Assembly (NCBI GenBank): GCA_959606405.1
Contig: CAUHIY010000001.1
Coordinates: 1-48,939 of the forward strand
Origin: an uncultured Collinsella sp.
GTDB lineage: Bacteria; Actinomycetota; Coriobacteriia; Coriobacteriales; Coriobacteriaceae
DNA: 48,939 nt
Direction of reading: 5' to 3'
The notes under the pieces were generated by a model, which ran no database searches, had not been told where the DNA came from, and worked only from the letters and a program-made list of their open reading frames with translations. This document shows positions 8,147-17,767 of this stretch, one piece after another; the stretch's first letter is position 1, and every line of letters begins with the position of its first letter. The translations under genes and the position numbers were made by a program.

Positions 8147-9652
8147 ATGGCTTTGACCGACATCTCGCATCCCACCGACATTGCAATGCTCACCGATTTG
8201 TACGAGCTCACTATGGCCCAGGGCCTGTGGGAGAGCGACAAGGCCAATGAGCAGGGTTGTTTTACCGCGTTTTACCGCGACCATCCTTTTGGCAGCGCCT
8301 ATGCCGTCATGTGCGGCACCGCCGAACTGCCCGAGCTGGTCGAGAATCTGCGCTTTACGCCCGAGGATATCGACTACCTCGCCTCACTCCAGGCCCCGGC
8401 CGGCGGCGCGATGTTCAAGCCTGCATTCCTCGACTACCTGCGCGATTTTCGTGCACATGTAAACATCGACGCCGTCCCCGAGGGCGAGCTCGTCTTTCCG
8501 CGCGAACCCATGGTTCGCGTCACCGGTCCCGCGCTGGAGTGCCAGCTGCTTGAGACGGCGCTGCTCAACATCGTCGGCTTCCAGACGCTTGTCGCCACCA
8601 AGACGGCGCGCGTGGTGCTGGCGGCGGACGGCCGTCCCGTTGCCGAGTTTGGCCTGCGCCGCGCCCAGGGTCCCGATGGCGGCTTGGCCGTCGCGCGCGC
8701 GAGCTACGTTGCCGGCTGCTCCTCTACGTCCAATGTGCTCGCCGGCCGCCGCTACGGTATTCCCGTCTTTGGCACGCATGCGCACAGCTGGGTGATGAGC
8801 TTCGATTCCGAGCTCGAGGCCTTCCGCGCCTTTGCCAAGTCGAGCCCCAAGAACTGTACGCTGCTCATCGACACCTATGACGTGCGCGAGGGCTGTGAAC
8901 ATGCCATTACGGTTGCCAAGGAGATGGAAGCGGTGGGCGAGCGCCTGTCGGCCATTCGCATCGACTCCGGCGACCTCGCCAAGCTCTCCAAGTATGTGCG
9001 CGGCCGTTTTGATGCCGAGGGCCTGCCCTATGTGGGGATCTCGGTTTCTAACGATTTGGATGAGTACACGATTCAGTCGCTGCTCGACCAGGGCGCGCCC
9101 ATCGACAGTTTTGGCGTGGGTACCAAGCTTGCGACCTGCTATGACCAGCCGGCGCTGGGCGGCGTGTACAAGCTTTCCGCCCGCCGTGCGAGCGAGGCAG
9201 ATCCATGGACGCCGGTGGTCAAGCTCTCTGAGCAGCCATACAAGCGCACGATCCCGGGTGTGCAACGCGTGCGCCGTTATTACGACGGCTTTGGCGGCCC
9301 GGTCTGCGACATGATCTACGACGAGGACCATCTGGCGGGGGAGGGCGCCGCGCGCGGCAATACCCTTGTGGCCGTGAACGATGCCGCCCTGGTGACCGAC
9401 GTGTCCGAACTCGAGTATCGCGAGCTGCTGGTGCCGATCGTGCGCGATGGCAGTGCGGTGGCTCCGCGTGAGAGCATCCAGGACGCGCGCGAGCGCTGTG
9501 CTTGGGCGCTCGACCATCTGGACGCAGCTTTCAAGCGCTTCCTGTACCCGCAGACCTATGTGGTGGGTATGGAGCAGGGCCTGGCTCAGGTGCGCGACGA
9601 GCTCGTGCGTAAGAACATGGCCGCGGCCTCTGCCTTTCCCTGGGCTCACTAA
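8147..9652 (+). CDS. pncB: Nicotinate phosphoribosyltransferase
   Basis: LTDLYELTM, EFGLRRAQG, GTHAHSW, LIDTYD, IRIDSGD and FGVGT. Confidence 0.95.
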   Translation: MALTDISHPTDIAMLTDLYELTMAQGLWESDKANEQGCFTAFYRDHPFGSAYAVMCGTAELPELVENLRFTPEDIDYLASLQAPAGGAMFKPAFLDYLRDFRAHVNIDAVPEGELVFPREPMVRVTGPALECQLLETALLNIVGFQTLVATKTARVVLAADGRPVAEFGLRRAQGPDGGLAVARASYVAGCSSTSNVLAGRRYGIPVFGTHAHSWVMSFDSELEAFRAFAKSSPKNCTLLIDTYDVREGCEHAITVAKEMEAVGERLSAIRIDSGDLAKLSKYVRGRFDAEGLPYVGISVSNDLDEYTIQSLLDQGAPIDSFGVGTKLATCYDQPALGGVYKLSARRASEADPWTPVVKLSEQPYKRTIPGVQRVRRYYDGFGGPVCDMIYDEDHLAGEGAARGNTLVAVNDAALVTDVSELEYRELLVPIVRDGSAVAPRESIQDARERCAWALDHLDAAFKRFLYPQTYVVGMEQGLAQVRDELVRKNMAAASAFPWAH

Positions 9653-9731
9653 TTCCTTGGGCGGTAGGGGCGAGTCACGCTTCCCTGGCCGCCGGCTCGG
9701 CCGTTCGCTGAACAGTTGATTGGTTTGACGT

Positions 9732-10859
9732 ATGACGACTTCTTATAAAACGATGGTGGTAAAGATCGGTTCGTCCACGGTGGTGGGCGCCGACGGCAAG
9801 GTCAACCGCGCCTTTATCGGCGGGCTTGCCGACCAGGCCGCAGCGCTGCGCGAGCTTGGCTGGCGCCTGATCGTGGTGAGCTCGGGCGCCATTGCCTGCG
9901 GCTATCCCGTGCTGGGCTTCGACCGTAAGCCGGTCGGCGACCTGCCGAGCCTGCAGGCCTGCGCCTCGGCCGGTCAGTGCATCATCTCGTCGGCCTACGA
10001 CGAGGAGTTCCATGCGCGCGACCTGCTCACCTCGCTCGTGCTGCTCACGCGTCACGACACGGCGCGCCGCACGTCCTACCTGCACGCGCGCGACGCCCTG
10101 CTTCGCCTGGTGGAGCTCGGCGTGGTGCCGGTCGTCAACGAGAACGATACCGTCACCGTCGATGAGATCAAGTTTGGCGACAACGACACGCTGGCGGCGC
10201 TTGTGAGCTGCCTGGTTTCTGCCGATCTGTGCGTGACGCTCTCGGACATCGATGGCCTCTACACCGCCAATCCGCACGAGGATCCCACGGCCGAGTTCGT
10301 CCCGGTCGTGCATAAGATCGACGCCAAGATCATCGCCTCGGCGGGCGATTCTTCCACATCGGTGGGCACGGGCGGCATGATCACCAAGATCCGCGCGAGC
10401 CGCATTCTCATGACGGCGGGCATTCAGAGCGTGATTTGCTCGGGCGAGGAGCCCGATGCGCTCGTGCGTCTGGCCCGCGGCGAGAGCGTGGGTACGCTGT
10501 TCGATCCGCCGGCGGAGCGCCTGGACATCGCGCCCCGCAAGCTGTGGATCGCACTGGGTGACAAGGCACATGGCTCGGTGACGGTCGATGATGGTGCTGC
10601 GAAGGCGCTGGTTAGCCGTGGTTCTTCCTTGCTTGCGGTTGGTATTCGCGAGGTCGATGGCGCGTTTGCCGAGGGCGATGTGCTCGACGTGTGCGACCCG
10701 AGCGGTATGGTTGTCGCCCGCGGTATCGCCGAGGCCGATTCGGACGTGCTGGAACTTGCTGCCGGTCGCCGCCAGGACCAGATCGCCAGCAACCGCCTGC
10801 TCGCTAACCTGGCCGAGAAGCCGGCGATACACAGGGATAACTTGATCGTATTTGCATAA
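9732..10859 (+). CDS. proB: Glutamate 5-kinase
   Basis: VVKIGSS, VSSGAIACG, NENDTV..EIKFGDND, GTGGMITK and a C-terminal PUA domain. Confidence 0.96.
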   Translation: MTTSYKTMVVKIGSSTVVGADGKVNRAFIGGLADQAAALRELGWRLIVVSSGAIACGYPVLGFDRKPVGDLPSLQACASAGQCIISSAYDEEFHARDLLTSLVLLTRHDTARRTSYLHARDALLRLVELGVVPVVNENDTVTVDEIKFGDNDTLAALVSCLVSADLCVTLSDIDGLYTANPHEDPTAEFVPVVHKIDAKIIASAGDSSTSVGTGGMITKIRASRILMTAGIQSVICSGEEPDALVRLARGESVGTLFDPPAERLDIAPRKLWIALGDKAHGSVTVDDGAAKALVSRGSSLLAVGIREVDGAFAEGDVLDVCDPSGMVVARGIAEADSDVLELAAGRRQDQIASNRLLANLAEKPAIHRDNLIVFA

Positions 10860-10903
10860 AGAAAGACAGCGCTGCGGATCGTTTCCCGCAGCGCTGTCTT
10901 TCT
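10859..10903. terminator. Probable bidirectional terminator between proB and pip
   Basis: GAAAGACAGCGCTGCGG-ATCGTTTC-CCGCAGCGCTGTCTTTC. Confidence 0.75.
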
Positions 10904-10904
10904 C

Positions 10905-10958
10905 GTGCCGGCACCTGGGGACGTTTCTTTTGTGCCGGCAGGTGGGGACACTCCTTTG
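10905..10958 (+). repeat. Two tandem 27-bp GGGGAC-tagged units, family C
   Basis: GTGCCGGCACCTGGGGACGTTTCTTTT followed by GTGCCGGCAGGTGGGGACACTCCTTTG. Confidence 0.7.
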
Positions 10959-12377
10959 CTAGAAGATTCGGCGCAGGTCTCCGCGGTTGAGGGCCTCGTC
11001 GAAGAGGTGCTTGAATACCACGCTGCCGTGCAGGCCGTCGTGCTCGAACTCGTTGGTCACCCAGGCATGCGAGTTGCCCACGCGGCTGAGCGTATCGAGC
11101 TGCAGGCCCGAATCGACGTACATGTCGTCGAAATACACTGCGGCCTGCAGGGGCACCTCGTTGCACGCCAGTCGCTGCGGGTCGTAGATCTTGTCCCAGC
11201 TGGTGTCTTCCATCAGCAGATCCATCGCCGGCTTGAAGGGCTTAAGTTCGGGCATCTGCTCAAACATCCACGGGAACATGGCCTCGCCGGTAAACATGAG
11301 CGGGCGCGCTAGCGTGTCGAACTCGGCACGGTGTGCCTTCTCTTCTGCCGCGGCCCAGCGAATGGGCATGGTGTCGCCGTCGGCGTAGATGAACTCCTGA
11401 AGCGTCCAGTACAGCGGATTCGTGAGTGTGTTGGTGCGCTCGAAGGCGCGCATCAAAAAGCTGTCAGATACCGAGGCACCGCAGGTCAGCGTGCCGTCGC
11501 CGTCAACAAAAGCATGATCGATAATCCAATGCATGCGCTCAAAGCTCGGCTTCATGCCAAAGTCGCTGCCCATGAGCTGCAGGCGCTCGACCGTCATCGG
11601 CGAGCCGTCGGGCAGCACGGGCTTCTGAGCCTCGAGCGCATCGGCCAGGGCTGCCACGCGCTCGACGTCAGCGGGGTAGCGGTCGTAATACTGCTGCGTC
11701 TTGGCGGCCATGCGCGGGAAGGTGTGCGTGTAGACCTCGCTGGCGCTCGCCGGCACATGCGGAATGCCGCCGCAGGTAAAGCTTGCCGCCACGCCCTCGG
11801 GGAAGAGCGACAGGTAGCTCAGCGTCAAAAAACCGCCGTAGCTCTGCCCGAGTGTGACCCAGGGCTTGCCGCCAAAGCCCACCAGGCGCAGGTACTCAAA
11901 ATCGCGCACGATGGAGCTGTCGAGGTGACGCTTGAGGAAGTCCGCCTGCGAGCGTGCAGTATCGGCGCCGGCGGCCGTTGCGCGATCACCCAGTGCCTTG
12001 ATCGTGCGTCCGTCCACGCAGCTACTGCGTCCGGTGCCGCGCTGGTCGGGAAGGACCACGCGGAAGTGCTTGACGGCCTCCTCGATCCAGCCGTCGCTTG
12101 TGGGCGACAGCGGACGCGGGCTCTCGCCGCCGGGGCCGCCCTGCAAAAACAGGAGCAGTGGCAGATCGTCGTTGATGCGGTCGGGCGCGCAAACCACACG
12201 GTAGAAGAGCTTGATGCTCTCGGGCGCGCCGGCGATGGGCGCCGGCATAGCGCCGCGGCGCATGGTGCTGCCGACGGCCAGGAGCATCGGCTCCAGGCCG
12301 CGCCAGTCAAGGGGGACGTCGATGCTGTGGTCCTCGACGTAAAGGCCGGGGACGTGGTACGAAGTGATGAGGGCCAT
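10959..12377 (-). CDS. pip: Proline iminopeptidase (alpha/beta hydrolase, S33)
   Basis: FLQGGPG, DQRGTGRS, GQSYGG nucleophile elbow, YFDDMYV and NEFEHDGL. Confidence 0.9.
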   Translation of the reverse strand: MALITSYHVPGLYVEDHSIDVPLDWRGLEPMLLAVGSTMRRGAMPAPIAGAPESIKLFYRVVCAPDRINDDLPLLLFLQGGPGGESPRPLSPTSDGWIEEAVKHFRVVLPDQRGTGRSSCVDGRTIKALGDRATAAGADTARSQADFLKRHLDSSIVRDFEYLRLVGFGGKPWVTLGQSYGGFLTLSYLSLFPEGVAASFTCGGIPHVPASASEVYTHTFPRMAAKTQQYYDRYPADVERVAALADALEAQKPVLPDGSPMTVERLQLMGSDFGMKPSFERMHWIIDHAFVDGDGTLTCGASVSDSFLMRAFERTNTLTNPLYWTLQEFIYADGDTMPIRWAAAEEKAHRAEFDTLARPLMFTGEAMFPWMFEQMPELKPFKPAMDLLMEDTSWDKIYDPQRLACNEVPLQAAVYFDDMYVDSGLQLDTLSRVGNSHAWVTNEFEHDGLHGSVVFKHLFDEALNRGDLRRIF

Positions 12378-12489
12378 GTGAGTCTTCCGTTCGTTGCGGT
12401 GTTTCGGGTTGACCAATTCTACCGCCGCGGGCGAGGCCATGCGCAAATCGGCTACCATGGTTGCAAACTTCTAGGAGAAAGGGCCGCCC

Positions 12490-13776
12490 ATGTCGGTCGA
12501 TATAGCCACGTATGTCCACGATCTTGCCGTTGCCGCCAAGGCAGCGTCGGCCTCGCTTGCCACGGCGAGCGATGAACAGCGCCAGGAGGCCGTGCGCGCC
12601 ATGGCCGCGGCGCTGCGCGACGGCGTCGACTCCATCGTCGCCGCCAACGAGCTCGATATGTCCGCTGCGCGCGATGCGGGTACCTCGGCCGGACTGCTCG
12701 ATCGTCTGCTGCTGACGCCCGAGCGCGTCGAGGGCATGGCCGCCGGCCTGGAAAAGCTCGCCGAGCTGCCCGATCCCGTGGGCCGCGTGCTCGACCACCG
12801 CGTGCTTGCAAGCGGCGTGGACCTGACCCGTGTGAGTGTGCCGCTGGGCCTGGTCGCCATGGTGTACGAGGCGCGTCCCAACGTGACGGCCGACGCCGCG
12901 GGCATCTGCATCCGTACCGGCAACGCCTGCATTCTGCGCGGCGGCTCGCTGGCCTATCACTCGTGTGCCATGATTTCTGAGCTGCTGGCCGATGCGCTCG
13001 AGGCCAAGGGCTTCCCGCGCGAGGCCGTGTCGATGATCGAGTCCACCGACCGCGAGGCCACTGGCGAGCTCATGAAGCTCCGCGGTGTTGTCGACGTACT
13101 CATTCCGCGCGGCGGTGCAGGCCTGATCCAGCGCTGCGTGCGCGAGTCGCTCGTTCCGGTGATCGAGACGGGCACGGGTAACTGCCACATCTACGTGCAT
13201 GAATCCGCCGACTTCGATAAAGCGCTCAATATTATCGTTAATGCCAAGACCCAGCGTGTAGGCGTGTGCAATGCCGCCGAGTCGCTGCTGGTCGACCGTG
13301 CCGTGGCCGATGCGTTTTTGCCCACGGTCGTGGCCGTGCTGCATGACCACGGCGTGCTCATTCACGGCGACGAGGCCACGTGCGCCGCATGCGCCGACGC
13401 CGGGCTTGCCGAGGGCGATGACTACGTTGCCGCGACTGAGGAGGACTGGGGTCGCGAGTATCTGGCGCTCGAGATGAGCGTGAAGGTCGTGGCGAGCGAG
13501 GACGAGGCCATCGCACACATCAACCGCTACGGCACGATGCACTCCGAGGCCATCGTTGCCGAGGACACGGATGCTTGCGAGCGCTTCCTGGATGCGGTCG
13601 ATGCCTCGGCCGTGTACGCCAACGCCAGCACGCGCTTCACTGACGGCGGCGAGTTTGGCCTGGGCGCCGAGATCGGCATCTCGACCCAAAAACTCCACGC
13701 CCGTGGCCCCTTCGCCGCCGAGGCCCTCACCACCTACAAATACAAGCTCCGCGGCACCGGCCAGGTCCGCCCCTAA
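12490..13776 (+). CDS. proA: Gamma-glutamyl phosphate reductase
   Basis: YEARPNVT, IPRGGAGL, ETGTGNCH, CNAAE and NASTRFTDGGEFGLGAEIGISTQKLHARGP. Confidence 0.97.
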   Translation: MSVDIATYVHDLAVAAKAASASLATASDEQRQEAVRAMAAALRDGVDSIVAANELDMSAARDAGTSAGLLDRLLLTPERVEGMAAGLEKLAELPDPVGRVLDHRVLASGVDLTRVSVPLGLVAMVYEARPNVTADAAGICIRTGNACILRGGSLAYHSCAMISELLADALEAKGFPREAVSMIESTDREATGELMKLRGVVDVLIPRGGAGLIQRCVRESLVPVIETGTGNCHIYVHESADFDKALNIIVNAKTQRVGVCNAAESLLVDRAVADAFLPTVVAVLHDHGVLIHGDEATCAACADAGLAEGDDYVAATEEDWGREYLALEMSVKVVASEDEAIAHINRYGTMHSEAIVAEDTDACERFLDAVDASAVYANASTRFTDGGEFGLGAEIGISTQKLHARGPFAAEALTTYKYKLRGTGQVRP

Positions 13777-13790
13777 ACCCCTCGTAAACG

Positions 13791-13831
13791 AAAACCACCA
13801 CAAAGGTGCCTGTCCCCTTCGTGGTGGTTTT
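13791..13831 (-). repeat. REP-like palindrome, family A, copy 5
   Basis: AAAACCACCACAAAGGTGCCTGTCCCCTTCGTGGTGGTTTT. Confidence 0.9.
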
Positions 13832-13846
13832 AGGTGGCGTGGGCGG

Positions 13847-14446
13847 TTAGGCCTGGAAGGTATCGCGGTCGGGGGCGAAGGACTGCATGGCCGCGATGGT
13901 GCGGTCAAAGAGCTCGGGGAGCTCCCAGCCCAACATCTCGGCGCCCTGCGAAATCACGTCGCGCGAGCAGCCGGCGGCAAAGCGCTTGTCCTTGAACTTC
14001 TTCTTGAGCGACTTGGTCGTAAAGTCCATAACGCTCTTGCTCGGGCGCATGATGACTGCAGCGCCGATCAGGCCGGTGAGCTCATCGCAGGCAAACAGGA
14101 TCTTTTCCATCTGCAGCTCGGGCTTGGGCAGCGAGGTGTTGAAGTCGGACGTGTGCGTCTGGATGGCGCGAATGAGCTCTGGAGACGCACCTTCGCCCTT
14201 AAGAATCTCGGCAGCATAGATGGTGTGGTTCATGGGGTCGTCCTCATGCTCCTCCCAATCCAGGTCGTGCAGCAGACCGACGATGCCCCAAAACTCCTCG
14301 TTCTCGGGGTCGAACTCGCGCGCAAAGTAGCGCATAGTGCCCTCGACCGTCTCGCCATGGGTGATATGGAACGGGTCCTTGTTGTGCTCGTTGAGCAGTT
14401 CGAACGCGCGGTCGCGGGTGATTCCGGCGGTAAGCGGCTCTGCCAT
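13847..14446 (-). CDS. HD-superfamily hydrolase
   Basis: H...VEG.MRYFA, WGIVGLLHDLD, ACDELTGLI and KKKFKDKRFAAG. Confidence 0.85.
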   Translation of the reverse strand: MAEPLTAGITRDRAFELLNEHNKDPFHITHGETVEGTMRYFAREFDPENEEFWGIVGLLHDLDWEEHEDDPMNHTIYAAEILKGEGASPELIRAIQTHTSDFNTSLPKPELQMEKILFACDELTGLIGAAVIMRPSKSVMDFTTKSLKKKFKDKRFAAGCSRDVISQGAEMLGWELPELFDRTIAAMQSFAPDRDTFQA

Positions 14447-14500
14447 AGGAGACTCCTTGTGCTCGTGGGTATCGATAAGAATGAATACTACTAGAACAAG

Positions 14501-14541
14501 AAAACCACCACAAAGGTGCCTGTCCCCTTTGTGGTGGTTTT
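14501..14541 (-). repeat. REP-like palindrome, family A, copy 6
   Basis: AAAACCACCACAAAGGTGCCTGTCCCCTTTGTGGTGGTTTT. Confidence 0.9.
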
Positions 14542-14553
14542 GGCGCGGTTGGG

Positions 14554-15039
14554 TTAGTTGAGGGCGGCTTGGGCTAGGCGGGCTTCGGCGGCCTCCTCGG
14601 TGACGCCCAAGGCCACGGCGAACTCCTCGATGGAGCGGCGCTTGGCTTCCTTGAGTACGCGCATGTAGTAGGAGCTGGGCTTTTTATCAGCTTCCTCGGC
14701 CTGGCGAATGCGGTACATCATGGTCTTTGCCACGCGGACCGTCTCGGGCGCGCCCAGCTTGAGCTGCTGCTTAAAGTGCGTCTCCTCAAGCGAGCTGTTG
14801 CGCTCGGTAAAGGTGTCGCACTCCAGCTCGTCATAGTGGCTCAGCAGGTGCTCGGCATCTTGCTGCGAGATGGCGGCGTGCAAACGGTCGGCCTGCGCCA
14901 CGGGGTACATGAGGATCGTCTGCGCATGTCCCTGCTTGGTCTCGAGCAGCAGCATGGGCTGCGGTGTGTCGTCCCTAAAACCGACGACGGTGCAGACTCC
15001 CTGGCCCGGATGAATGACGTGTTGACCGATTGAGAACAT
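14554..15039 (-). CDS. carD: CarD/CdnL-family transcription factor
   Basis: N-terminal MFSIGQHVIHPGQGVCTV (RNAP-interacting domain); C-terminal EEFAVALG; RBS GGAGG. Confidence 0.78.
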   Translation of the reverse strand: MFSIGQHVIHPGQGVCTVVGFRDDTPQPMLLLETKQGHAQTILMYPVAQADRLHAAISQQDAEHLLSHYDELECDTFTERNSSLEETHFKQQLKLGAPETVRVAKTMMYRIRQAEEADKKPSSYYMRVLKEAKRRSIEEFAVALGVTEEAAEARLAQAALN

Positions 15040-15381
15040 GCTACCTCCAACTTATACGAATTTACGTATGTCTAGAATAACACGCTGACGTGCGCAAACC
15101 CTTACTTTATGCAGGAAAAGCACACAACTCTGATAGGTAAGAGTATTCGATAACAGACGCAGCTCATTCACACCTTTATGCATTTTCAACGCCTGCATAA
15201 TCTGCAGGCAGACTGGCATCTTTGAGTGACTCCATACAAGCTGTAGTCATTTTTGTGCATATGCAATATCTATTAGCTTTACCCTGCGACAGTGCCCGTC
15301 GCTTGTGATAGAGTGCTACAAACTCTGGCTTTTGCCCTACGAGTGACCAAGAGCTCGGGGGCTTTAACACAAGGAGGATCT

Positions 15382-17235
15382 ATGCCCGAGAAGATTGAAG
15401 AGCTGGTACGCGCTGCGCTTGCTGCGGCCCAGGAGGCCGGCGACCTTTCCGCATTTGAACTTGACGATTGCGCTATCGAGCGACCGGCTGACACTTCTCA
15501 TGGCGAGTGGACCTCTACCATGGCCCTGAAGTCCGCCAAGCTGGCCCACTGCGCCCCGCGCAAGATCGCCGAGGCCATCGTTGCCCATATGCCCGAGGAC
15601 CCCGCGATCGAGAAGGTCGAGATCGCAGGCCCCGGCTTCATCAACTTCTACCTCTCCGTTGCCGTCAAGAATGCCATCTTTGGCGAGGCTCGCGAGAAGG
15701 GTATGGACTTCGCTAAGTCCAACGTCGGTGGTGGCCTGAAGACCCAGGTCGAGTTCGTTTCCGCTAACCCCGTCGGCCCCATGCACATCGGCCACGGCCG
15801 CTGGGCCGCGCTGGGCGACTCACTCTGCCGTGTTATGGACCACGCCGGTTACGACATCCAGCGTGAGTTCTACATCAACGACCACGGCTCTCAGATGAAC
15901 ACCTTCGGCAACTCCATCAGCACGCGCTATATGCAGCTTGCCGACATCATCGCCAAGCAGGGCGTGGATATCGACGAGGCTCACAAGCTGCTGATTGCCG
16001 ACCGCGACGCCTTCGTTGCCGACGAGAATGACGAGCATCCCGAGACTCATCCGTACCAGGATAACTTTGCCGAGACCCTTGGCAAGGACTCCTATGGCGG
16101 CGACTACATCATCGACGAGGCCGCCGAGTTCTGGCGCACTGACGGCGATAAGTGGGTCAACGCCGATCCTCAGGAGCGTATGGAGAGCTTCCGCGAGCGC
16201 GGCTATGTAAAGATGGTCGACAACATGCGCGACCTTTGCCATGCCGTTAACTGCGACTTCGATCGTTGGTTCTCCGAGCGCTCACTGTATGTGAAGGACA
16301 CTGAGGGCGAGACCGCCGGCACCTCCGCCGTCGACCGCGCTTTTGAGAAGCTCGACAAGATGGGCTACCTCTACACCAAGGACGGCGCCCTGTGGTTCCG
16401 CTCCACCGACCTGGGCGATGACAAGGACCGCGTCCTGATCAAGTCCGACGGCGAGTACACCTACTTCGCCTCCGACGTTGCCTATCACTGGGATAAGTTC
16501 CAGCGCGTCGACCACGTCATCGACATCTGGGGTGCCGACCACCACGGCTACATCGAGCGCGTCCGCTGCGTCTGCGACGCTCTTGGCTATCCCGGCAAGT
16601 TTGAGGTTCTGCTGGGCCAGCTCGTCAACCTGCTGCGCAACGGCAAGCCCGTCCGTATGTCCAAGCGCAAGGGCACCATGGTGACCCTGCAGGAGCTCGT
16701 CGACGAGGTCGGTTCCGACGCCGCCCGCTACACGCTCATCTCCAAGAGCTCCAACCAGATGGTCGACTTCGATATTGAGGCCGTTAAGAAGCGCGACAAC
16801 TCCAACCCGGTCTATTACGTGCAGTATGCTCACGCCCGCGTGTGCTCCATCCTGCGCCGTGCCGCCGACGTTACGCCCGAGCAGGCTGACGAGATGGGCA
16901 TGAAGGCCGTCGCCGCCAAGGCCATCGGTGAGAACGTTGATTACTCGCTGCTGACCGACCCGACCGAGCTCGCCCTTTCGCGTAAGCTCAACGAGCTCAC
17001 CGACCTCATCGCCAGCTGCGCTCGCGACCGCGCCCCGTTCCGTCTGACGCACTTTGCTGAGGAACTCGCCGGCGACTTCCACAGCTTCTACGCTGCCTGC
17101 CAGGTTCTGCCGAGCGAGGGCCGTCCCGTCGACCCCGAGCTTTCGCGTGCCCGTCTGGCCGCTTGCGACGCCGTCCGCGTGACGCTCGCCCTGGTGCTCA
17201 CCCTTGTTGGTGTCTCCGCTCCCGAGCAGATGTAA
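15382..17235 (+). CDS. argS: Arginine--tRNA ligase
   Basis: AGPGFINF, EFVSANP.GPMHIGH, WGADHHGY, MSKRKG and YYVQYAHAR; RBS AAGGAGG. Confidence 0.97.
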   Translation: MPEKIEELVRAALAAAQEAGDLSAFELDDCAIERPADTSHGEWTSTMALKSAKLAHCAPRKIAEAIVAHMPEDPAIEKVEIAGPGFINFYLSVAVKNAIFGEAREKGMDFAKSNVGGGLKTQVEFVSANPVGPMHIGHGRWAALGDSLCRVMDHAGYDIQREFYINDHGSQMNTFGNSISTRYMQLADIIAKQGVDIDEAHKLLIADRDAFVADENDEHPETHPYQDNFAETLGKDSYGGDYIIDEAAEFWRTDGDKWVNADPQERMESFRERGYVKMVDNMRDLCHAVNCDFDRWFSERSLYVKDTEGETAGTSAVDRAFEKLDKMGYLYTKDGALWFRSTDLGDDKDRVLIKSDGEYTYFASDVAYHWDKFQRVDHVIDIWGADHHGYIERVRCVCDALGYPGKFEVLLGQLVNLLRNGKPVRMSKRKGTMVTLQELVDEVGSDAARYTLISKSSNQMVDFDIEAVKKRDNSNPVYYVQYAHARVCSILRRAADVTPEQADEMGMKAVAAKAIGENVDYSLLTDPTELALSRKLNELTDLIASCARDRAPFRLTHFAEELAGDFHSFYAACQVLPSEGRPVDPELSRARLAACDAVRVTLALVLTLVGVSAPEQM

Positions 17236-17280
17236 GCTACGGGTCATTTGACCGCGCAAGTTTGGTTTAACTGAGCCTTG

Positions 17281-17315
17281 AAAGCCCGATCTCCCATATG
17301 GAGGTCGGGCTTTTT
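17281..17315 (+). terminator. argS terminator
   Basis: AAAGCCCGATCTCC-CATAT-GGAGGTCGGGCTTT followed by TT. Confidence 0.8.
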
Positions 17316-17361
17316 GCACAAACGCCGTCGTATTGACGAATTTGGGACTGCTGGAAATACG

Positions 17362-17511
17362 AAACTATGCCGGTTTACTACGATGAATTGAGAAATTCCA
17401 ACCACGCCGGCTTTTCGCAAAAAAGTGCAAGGCATCTACCTGCGGTTTTAGTTCAACAAATTTCGGAGTGGTCGCGGTTGAGCGATTCGTCGTAGTAAAC
17501 CGTCATAGTTT
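17362..17511. mobile_element. MITE-like 150-bp element with 29-bp terminal inverted repeats
   Basis: 17362-17390 AAACTATGCCGGTTTACTACGATGAATTG vs the reverse complement of 17483-17511, AAACTATGACGGTTTACTACGACGAATCG (26/29 identical); non-coding interior. Confidence 0.55.
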
Positions 17512-17767
17512 TGGCGGAGGCATTCAGGTTTGTGGGCGGTAAACCAAAGATTGTCCCTTTTGACTAGTCGTTTAAGAACGTCCTCAATGACTAAGTTGCA
17601 GGTGGTTGCGGTTGTGTTACACTAACGCTGCGTATATGACGCAAATATCTCGATACAGATCAATGATGTCCGTCGGTATTTGACGGAGCTAGACTGTTTA
17701 GCCGCCCTGAAGGTTTATGCAGGGAGCATGTGATCACAGGGCTTGAAAAGAAAGTTGAGCAAACACT

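Noticed and set aside
152..14541. Family A repeats as a CRISPR array
   Set aside because: Copies are dispersed, in both orientations and separated by whole genes; there are no regular spacers and no cas genes.
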